Below, piece by piece: positions 57,471-64,000 of a stretch of 64,000 bases of DNA. The number at the start of each line of letters is the position of its first letter. Within the stretch, counting starts at the first letter, position 1. The notes beneath the pieces were generated by a model. The model made no database searches and was not told the DNA's origin. It saw nothing but the letters and a program-made list of their open reading frames with translations. Both the position numbers and the translations under genes were made by a program. The DNA is from an uncultured delta proteobacterium (GTDB lineage Bacteria > Desulfobacterota > Binatia > Binatales > Binataceae), in the NCBI GenBank assembly GCA_963711565.1, contig CAVQEQ010000001.1, forward strand, positions 384,001 through 448,000, in the 5' to 3' direction.

Positions 57471-57949
57471 CGGTGGCATCGATGGAAGAACAGGACGACA
57501 AGCGCGGATTCAAAGTTCAGGACCGCCGGCGCTTTTCCGCCGAAGGCGAGACCAAGGAAGGCGGCGACGCTCCTTCGGAGAGCAGTGAGCCGCTCAAGAT
57601 AAAGTCCAAACCCGCCGCGCCCGCGCCGGAGGCGACAAAGCCGCAAGCGTCCGCCGAGCATCCCGCGGCGAGCCATCAATCCAGCGAGCCGCCGCCCGAG
57701 CTGACCTTTGCGGCATTTCTATGGAGCCTGTCGGAGCAGGCGCTGGCGGCACTCGGCGAAGTGCCCGACCCGATGAGCGGCAAGTCGATGCGCGATCTGA
57801 CGATGGCGCAGCAGATGATCGATATCATCATAATGTTGCGCGACAAGACGCGCGGCAATCTCGACGCGCAGGAGCAGGCGATGCTGAAGGAGATTCTTTC
57901 CGGCCTGCAAATGAAGTACGTTGAATTGGCGAGGCAGCCGGCACGTTGA
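57467..57949 (+). CDS. DUF1844-like protein
   Basis: FKVQDRRRF, ALGEVPDP, AQQMID...L.DKTRGNL...E, LQMKYV. Confidence 0.8.
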   Translation: MTVASMEEQDDKRGFKVQDRRRFSAEGETKEGGDAPSESSEPLKIKSKPAAPAPEATKPQASAEHPAASHQSSEPPPELTFAAFLWSLSEQALAALGEVPDPMSGKSMRDLTMAQQMIDIIIMLRDKTRGNLDAQEQAMLKEILSGLQMKYVELARQPAR

Positions 57950-57973
57950 ACGGCCGTCTTTGTTTAATCACAC

Positions 57974-59464
57974 ATGACGAATAAGTGGTTTCGACCTATC
58001 GCCTTTGCGGGCGTCGCGATCTTCGCGGCGACCCTCATTCTGACGACCTCTCGAATTCAGGCCCGTGCGGCGGATTCCGCGCCCGCTCGCTTCTGGAGCG
58101 AACTGCCCGACGGCGCACAGGCCGCGAAAGCCCAGTCGATGCCGGACTTCGTCGATCTTGCCGCGAAGCTCAGCCCGGCTGTGGTGAACATCTCGACCGA
58201 TGAGGCCGACGAGCCAGCGGAAGGCGCCGAGCCACCCGAAGATGCTCCGAATCCTCTCGACCCGCACTCGCAAGGCCCACTGGAACAGTTCGGCGTCGAG
58301 CCCCATTCCAAGGCGCTCGGCTCCGGCTTTATCATCACCAAAGACGGCTACATCTTGACCAACCAGCACGTCGTCGATAGTCCGGGCAAAGTTACGGTGA
58401 CCACGCAGGACGGCCACAATTACACCGCGAAGATCATCGGACACGACGAAAAGAGCGACATCGCGCTGCTGAAGATCGACGCGAAGCATGACCTGGCAGT
58501 CGCGCCGCTGGGCGACTCGAGCGACTTGAGGGTCGGCGAGTGGGTGATGGCAATTGGCAATCCGTTCGGCTTCGATCATACGGTGACGGCCGGAATCGTC
58601 AGCGCCAAGGGACGCTTCATCCCCGGCAACTACGAGGACTTCATTCAGACTGACGCGTCGATCAATCCCGGCAACTCGGGCGGACCGTTGATCGATTTGC
58701 GCGGCAACGTGATCGGCGTCAATTGCGCGATCTACACGCATACCGGGCAGAGCATGGGAATCGGCTTTGCAGTACCGATCGACCTGGTCAAGGAAGAGCT
58801 GCCGCAACTCAAGACCTCAGGCAAAGTCGTGCGCGGATGGCTTGGCGTGTACATCCAGAAGGTTACGCCCGAGCTGGCGGATTCGCTCGGCCTGGCGGAC
58901 TCGCGTGGTGCGCTGGTTGCCAAGGTGCTCGACGATGGGCCGGCCAAGGCGGCGGGCGTCAAGCGCGGCGACGTAATCGTCGCGTTCGACAAGCAACCGG
59001 TCGATGACTCGCGCGAATTGCCGCTGCTGGTGGGCCGCAGCGACCTTGGGCATAAAGGCGTGCTCACTGTGATTCGCGACAAACAGACGATCGAACTGCC
59101 CGTCACGATCACACAGTCGCGCGAGCCCGAGATAGTAGCGGCTGAGGAAAAATCGGAGAAGCCCGACCCCGGCGCCGTCTCGCCGTTCGGCCTTCACGTC
59201 AAGGATCTGAGTCCCGACCTCGCCAAGGAACTGGGCCTCGACACACCCGGCGGCGTCGAGATTGCCTTGGTGCAGCCCGGCAGCGCCGGCGACGAGGCGG
59301 GGCTGCGCTCGCGCGACGTGATCCTCGAAGTCAATCGCGCGGCCGTCAAGGATGTGGACGCATATCAAGCCGCGCTGAAGAAGAGCGCCAAGGGCAAGAT
59401 AGTCCTGCTGTTGGTCAAGCGCGGCGAGAATACGATCTATGTCACCGTCAAGCCGGAGGCCTGA
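57974..59464 (+). CDS. DegP/HtrA (Do) serine protease with two PDZ domains
   Basis: GSGFII, TNQHVV, SDIALLK, IGNPFG, QTDASINPGNSGGP. Confidence 0.95.
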   Translation: MTNKWFRPIAFAGVAIFAATLILTTSRIQARAADSAPARFWSELPDGAQAAKAQSMPDFVDLAAKLSPAVVNISTDEADEPAEGAEPPEDAPNPLDPHSQGPLEQFGVEPHSKALGSGFIITKDGYILTNQHVVDSPGKVTVTTQDGHNYTAKIIGHDEKSDIALLKIDAKHDLAVAPLGDSSDLRVGEWVMAIGNPFGFDHTVTAGIVSAKGRFIPGNYEDFIQTDASINPGNSGGPLIDLRGNVIGVNCAIYTHTGQSMGIGFAVPIDLVKEELPQLKTSGKVVRGWLGVYIQKVTPELADSLGLADSRGALVAKVLDDGPAKAAGVKRGDVIVAFDKQPVDDSRELPLLVGRSDLGHKGVLTVIRDKQTIELPVTITQSREPEIVAAEEKSEKPDPGAVSPFGLHVKDLSPDLAKELGLDTPGGVEIALVQPGSAGDEAGLRSRDVILEVNRAAVKDVDAYQAALKKSAKGKIVLLLVKRGENTIYVTVKPEA

Positions 59465-59482
59465 GCAGGGGACGTACTCCCG

Positions 59483-61849
59483 ATGTCCCCACGACGAATT
59501 CTGAAATTCGCGCTGATCGGCGTCGGCGCGCTGATCCTGTTCGCCGTGCCGCCGACTTTGTGGCTGTTCTCCAGCTACTACCATCAGCTCGAAAATGAAG
59601 TGGTCGCGCGCTTCTCGGGCAAGCGCTGGAACATTCCGTCGCGCATTTACTCCGACTCGGTGCTCATCTACCCAGGCCAGGATCTGAACGACCTCGGGTT
59701 TTTCGAGCGTCTCGCGCGCCTGAATTACCATCCCGTCGATCCGGGCAAAATTGCCAGCCGCGGGGAGTATAGCTACGACAAGAAGCGCGGCAAGCTCGAA
59801 ATCTTTCTGCACAGCTTCGCGTATCCGTACGGCAACTTCGGCGGCGAATTCGTCGAGTTGAATCTCAAGGGAGATACGATCGATTCGATGAGCGATCCGG
59901 TGACGCATAAACCGATCTTTTCGATCGAGCTCGAGCCCGAACTCATCAGCGGCATCTTCGAGGGCGAATGGGAGCAGCGCCGGCTAGTGCGTCTCAGCCA
60001 GATTCCGCCCACGATGATCAACGCGATCCTGGCCGCCGAGGATCACCGCTTCTACGAGCATCACGGCGTCAACATAGTCCGCACCATCAAGGCGGCATAC
60101 ATCGATTTCACCTCTGGACACGTGCGCCAGGGCGGCTCGACTCTCACCCAGCAGCTGATGAAGAATTTTTTTCTGACGCGCGAGCGCAGTTACAAGCGCA
60201 AGCTCAAGGAAGCGATGATGGCATACATCGCGGAGCGCGATTACTCGAAGGACGAGATCCTCGAGAACTATATTAACGATATCTACCTTGGCCAGCGTGG
60301 AGAGGAAGGCATATACGGCGTCTGGGAAGCGAGTGAGTACTACTTCTCGAAGGAGCCGCGCGATCTGACTATTGGCGAAATGGCTACCATCGCCGGGCTG
60401 ATCAGTTCGCCCAACCGGCTCAATCCGCTACATCATCCCGACGCCGCGCGTCCGCGACGCGACGAGGTGCTCGCGTCGATGCTCGAGGACGGCTACATCG
60501 ACAAGAGCGCTTACGACGCCGCCGTGAGCGAGCCGCTACACGCGCGGGAAGTCTATGCCGAGGGCAACGACGCGCCCTACTTCGTCAACTACGTCAAGAA
60601 GGAACTGGCGGAGCGTTACCCGGCGCAAGTGCTGAGCGGCGAAGGTTTGCGCATCTTCACCTCGCTCGACGTGCACCTGGAAAAGCTCGCCGAAGCGTCG
60701 ATCGATCACAATCTCGCGGAGCTCGAAGCCAAGCATCCGAAACTGGCGCGTCGCGAGGCGAGCGAACGCCTCGAGTCATGCCTGGTTGCGCTTGAGCCGC
60801 AGAGCGGCAAGATTCGCGCGATGGCCGGTGGGCGCGATTACCGCTCGAGCCAGTTCAATCGCGTTACTCAGTCCAAACGTCAGCCCGGTTCGGTGTTCAA
60901 GCCGGTTACATACCTGGCGGCTTTCGATGAAACTCTATCGGGTGGCGCGGAGAAGTTTCTGCCGACTACCTATATCGAAGATGCGCCGTTCACCTGGCAG
61001 TACGGCGACATGAGCTGGACGCCGAATAACTATCGCGACAAATTCTTCGGACACGTCACCCTCGAGTTCGCGCTCGGCGAGTCGCTCAACTCCGCGACGG
61101 CGCGGCTCGCGAACAGCGTCGGCCTCGATCGAATCCGCGCGATGGCGTCGAAGCTCGGCTTTGGCGACTTGCCGGCGTATCCGTCGATCGTGCTCGGCGG
61201 AATCGAAGTGTCGCCGATGCAGGTCGCTCGAGCCTATGCAGTGATTGCCAACGACGGAATGGAAATCCAGCCGTATGCGGTGACGGCGGTAGTCGATGAA
61301 AACAACAAAGTGATCGAGGGCCACGAACTCAAGGCGGAACAGGTAATCTCGCCCGAGCTCGCATACATGATGCAGTTCATGCTCGAGAACGTGATCAATC
61401 ACGGTACCGGAGCGGGCGCGCGCACGATGGGTTTCACACGCCCGGCGGCCGGCAAGACGGGAACCACCAACGATGAAAAGGACGCGTGGTTCGCGGGCTT
61501 TACTCCCAATCTGCTTACGGTAGTGTGGACGGGTTTCGATCAAAAGGAAGTGCTGGGGCTGACCGGCGCGCAAGCTTCGCTGCCGGCGTGGACGTCTTTC
61601 ATGAAAGCGGCGACGGCGTCGCGGCCGCCATTGGACTTCACCGCTCCGCCGGGAATCGTCGAGGAAAATGTCGATCCTACGACCGGCTACAAGGCGACGC
61701 CCTACTGCCCGGTGCAGATGATGGGTGTGTACCCCGAAGGGATGGCGCCAACTCAGGACTGCCCGTATCATACTTCACCGACGTCGTTGACGGCCGTGGA
61801 CCACAAGGTACCCGAGGAGCCGAATCCGGTGGCCGACCCCAACGACTAG
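59483..61849 (+). CDS. mrcB: Class A penicillin-binding protein (PBP1b-type)
   Basis: AEDHRFYEH, GGSTLTQQL, RKLKEA, GSVFKP (SxxK), SLN, KTGT; UB2H-like insert after the TM. Confidence 0.88.
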   Translation: MSPRRILKFALIGVGALILFAVPPTLWLFSSYYHQLENEVVARFSGKRWNIPSRIYSDSVLIYPGQDLNDLGFFERLARLNYHPVDPGKIASRGEYSYDKKRGKLEIFLHSFAYPYGNFGGEFVELNLKGDTIDSMSDPVTHKPIFSIELEPELISGIFEGEWEQRRLVRLSQIPPTMINAILAAEDHRFYEHHGVNIVRTIKAAYIDFTSGHVRQGGSTLTQQLMKNFFLTRERSYKRKLKEAMMAYIAERDYSKDEILENYINDIYLGQRGEEGIYGVWEASEYYFSKEPRDLTIGEMATIAGLISSPNRLNPLHHPDAARPRRDEVLASMLEDGYIDKSAYDAAVSEPLHAREVYAEGNDAPYFVNYVKKELAERYPAQVLSGEGLRIFTSLDVHLEKLAEASIDHNLAELEAKHPKLARREASERLESCLVALEPQSGKIRAMAGGRDYRSSQFNRVTQSKRQPGSVFKPVTYLAAFDETLSGGAEKFLPTTYIEDAPFTWQYGDMSWTPNNYRDKFFGHVTLEFALGESLNSATARLANSVGLDRIRAMASKLGFGDLPAYPSIVLGGIEVSPMQVARAYAVIANDGMEIQPYAVTAVVDENNKVIEGHELKAEQVISPELAYMMQFMLENVINHGTGAGARTMGFTRPAAGKTGTTNDEKDAWFAGFTPNLLTVVWTGFDQKEVLGLTGAQASLPAWTSFMKAATASRPPLDFTAPPGIVEENVDPTTGYKATPYCPVQMMGVYPEGMAPTQDCPYHTSPTSLTAVDHKVPEEPNPVADPND

Positions 61850-61858
61850 GTCGCGACG

Positions 61859-62782
61859 ATGCGATTGGGTCCATTTGCGTTAGCCATACTTCTGTTGATG
61901 CTGCCGATCTCCGCGGGCGCGTCGCGTGCGGATAGTCGTCCGATAGTCGTGGCCGAGCTGCAGGAGGAGTCGATTCCGGCGCAGGATCTCGCGGCGCCGA
62001 GTCCGGGCGCCGCAATGAGTCCCGCCGCGGCACCATCCCAAGCCGACGACACCGGTCCCGACACGAATTCCAATCCCGAAGATTGGCAGGCCCTTCCTCC
62101 CGGACAAGCGCCGCCCGCCGAGCGCGAGGAGCCGGCAGCGGATTCAACTCCTGCCGCGCCGGCCCCAGCGACGCCCGCGGAGATCACGCCAGCAATCAAC
62201 GTCGGCTCGATCGCGACGACGCCGCAAATCAGCGACTCGTCGCTCGCGCCGCTGATCGATTCCGCGCCGACTCCCGCGCGCGCCGCGTCTCTGAGAATCA
62301 CCGAGCAGCAGCGCATCGAGCTCGAGCGCGGGCATACTGACGACGCGATTCGCGAGCTGGCGCATGCGATTTCGATCGATCCGAGCAACTCGTACGCCTA
62401 CTTTTATTTGGGCAGCGCATACGTCGCGCGCAAGGACTACGGGCAGGCGGAGACGTTTTTCAAGCGCGCGGAAATCGGAGTCGCGGCGAATTCGGCGTGG
62501 CTCGGCGAGACCTACGCCTTCGAGGGGGTCTGCCTCGAGCAGGCCGGCAAAACAGCTGAGGCGGCCGCCGCCTATCAGAAGGCGCTCGCGGCGAGTCCGG
62601 GCAACCTGACTGCGCGCGTCGGCGCGACGCGGCTGTCGGCCTTCATGCCCGTCTCCGCAACCGCATCCGCACCCGCCGCAGATGTCGATCAACCGGCGCC
62701 GGCGGAGCCCGACGCTCCGCCGCCGCCCGACGAAGCTCCGGCCCCGCCGCCACCCGCATCCGCGCCACCCCCGTCAGACTGA
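61859..62782 (+). CDS. Secreted TPR protein with Pro/Ala-rich disordered ends
   Basis: Signal peptide ending SRA-D; TPR units AISIDPSNSYAYFYLG, AAYQKAL. Confidence 0.8.
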   Translation: MRLGPFALAILLLMLPISAGASRADSRPIVVAELQEESIPAQDLAAPSPGAAMSPAAAPSQADDTGPDTNSNPEDWQALPPGQAPPAEREEPAADSTPAAPAPATPAEITPAINVGSIATTPQISDSSLAPLIDSAPTPARAASLRITEQQRIELERGHTDDAIRELAHAISIDPSNSYAYFYLGSAYVARKDYGQAETFFKRAEIGVAANSAWLGETYAFEGVCLEQAGKTAEAAAAYQKALAASPGNLTARVGATRLSAFMPVSATASAPAADVDQPAPAEPDAPPPPDEAPAPPPPASAPPPSD

Positions 62783-62794
62783 GCACGACTCTTA

Positions 62795-62851
62795 CCTCGC
62801 CCGTTCTTTTACGGGAGAGGCGGCTGGCCGCGACGCGGCCAGCGGTGAGGG
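62795..62851 (+). repeat. Palindromic repeat family B copy
   Basis: CCTCGCCCGT-tctttt-ACGGGAGAGG, GCTGGCCGCG-a-CGCGGCCAGC, GGTGAGGG. Confidence 0.75.
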
Positions 62852-62930
62852 TTCCGGGCCGCAGCGGAAAAGCCAGGTTTCTAACTTTTTTGTGTCGCGC
62901 CCTTTTTGTGTCATCCTGATCACGCCTGCG

Positions 62931-63935
62931 ATGCTGATACTCGGAATTGAATCTTCATGCGACGATGCGGCCGCCGCGGTGCTCGAAACCACCGTGCCGG
63001 GCATCGCTGAAATTCGTTCGAGCACTGTCGCGAATCAGGACGACATCCATCGCGCCTACGGCGGCATCGTGCCGGAACTCGCGTCGCGGAATCACGTCGT
63101 CACGATCGCGCCGGTTATCGAGCGCGCGCTGGACACCGCCGGATGCCGGCTCGCGGACATCGAAGGCATTGCAGTCACGCGCGGTCCCGGCCTGGTGGGC
63201 TCGTTGCTGGTCGGCCTGATGTTTGCGAAGGGACTCGCGCAGGCGAGCGGCGTCGCGATGGTCGGCGTGAATCATATCGAGGGTCATCTGCTGGCGCCCC
63301 TGCTCGAACATCGAATCGCGATGCCGTACCTCGCGCTGGTCGTGTCGGGCGGTCACACCGCGCTGTTCGCGGTCGAGGATTTCGGACGCTACCGGCGAAT
63401 CGGTCGTACGCGCGACGACGCTGCCGGCGAGGCGTTTGACAAAGTCGCGAAGCTGATGGGGCTCGGCTACCCGGGCGGACGAGCGATCGACGAGATGTCG
63501 CGGCGCGGCAATCGCAAGCGCGTGCGAATCCCGCGCGCTCATGTGAAAGGCGCGCCGATGGATTTCAGTTTCAGCGGCGTGAAGACGGCGGTCGCGACGA
63601 TCCTGGCAACCGAGAACGGCCGCGCGGAACGCCCCGAGGATCTCGCGGCGAGCTTTCAGGAGGCAGTCGTCGAGATGCTGGTGAAGCCGACGATCGCGGC
63701 CGCGCGCGAACTGGGCGCCGACACGATCGCGCTGACAGGCGGGGTCGCGGCAAATTCGCGATTGCGCGACAGCCTGGCCGAGGCGGCCGCTGCCGACGGC
63801 CGCCGGCTGGTCGCACCAGCCTTGAAATACTGCACCGACAACGCGGCGATGATCGCGCTCGCGGGCAGCTACCGGCTGATGCGGGGCGCGCGCGACGCGT
63901 TGAGCATCGATGCGGAAGCTAACCTGTCCTTATAG
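62931..63935 (+). CDS. tsaD: tRNA N6-adenosine threonylcarbamoyltransferase
   Basis: LGIESSCDD, YGGIVPELASRNH, NHIEGH, VSGGHT, DDAAGEAFDK, FSFSG.KT, CTDNAAMI. Confidence 0.97.
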   Translation: MLILGIESSCDDAAAAVLETTVPGIAEIRSSTVANQDDIHRAYGGIVPELASRNHVVTIAPVIERALDTAGCRLADIEGIAVTRGPGLVGSLLVGLMFAKGLAQASGVAMVGVNHIEGHLLAPLLEHRIAMPYLALVVSGGHTALFAVEDFGRYRRIGRTRDDAAGEAFDKVAKLMGLGYPGGRAIDEMSRRGNRKRVRIPRAHVKGAPMDFSFSGVKTAVATILATENGRAERPEDLAASFQEAVVEMLVKPTIAAARELGADTIALTGGVAANSRLRDSLAEAAAADGRRLVAPALKYCTDNAAMIALAGSYRLMRGARDALSIDAEANLSL

Positions 63936-64000
63936 ATGACGATCGCACGAAAATCGCGCGTAGTTGACACACCGTCGCGTCCCGCACCGGCGCTCGCGCG

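Noticed and set aside
62893-62919. TGTCGCGCCCTTTTTGTGTCATCCTGA, resembling the left flank of the 39516 element (20/23)
   Set aside because: Only a stub with no second palindrome arm; noted as a possible decayed family A copy but not called as a feature
63936-64000. ATG right after the tsaD stop, possibly the next gene
   Set aside because: Only 21 codons visible; no identifiable motif

Overview
GC-rich bacterial chromosomal segment made up mostly of housekeeping genes. Gene order (ffh-rpsP-KH-rimM-trmD-SPOUT-rplS, htpX-DUF1844-degP-mrcB) is Deltaproteobacteria-like. A small GWYL..PP/DDPRLK protein suggests Ca. Binatota, which is an inference. Contents, in order: gyrB(3' part)-orf79-gyrA; a glycolate/glyoxylate locus (glcDEF, class V aminotransferase, three GST-type genes); lrp-gltBD; cysS; an orphan CbbQ/NorQ ATPase; ltaE-SDR-permease; an ExbB-ExbD-ExbD motor cluster whose TonB/TolA-like partner ends in a vWA domain; a small GIY-YIG nuclease; the ffh/trmD cluster; an Opp-type ABC operon; membrane glycosyltransferases; htpX, degP, PBP1b, a TPR protein and tsaD. 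No rRNA, tRNA, CRISPR array or transposase was seen. The best candidates for something new are (1) the PMF motor coupled to a TonB-anchored vWA protein and (2) a GIY-YIG nuclease whose stop codon lies inside a GTCAT-ended palindromic repeat that is dispersed across the window, including a MITE-like pair and an in-frame insertion in a gene. Two further palindromic repeat families are present. Systematic GTCGAC->GTCAAC/GTTGAC changes at conserved codons, plus single-base frameshifts in glcF and cysS, suggest methylation-linked long-read consensus errors. All product calls come from motif recognition by eye, not database searches.
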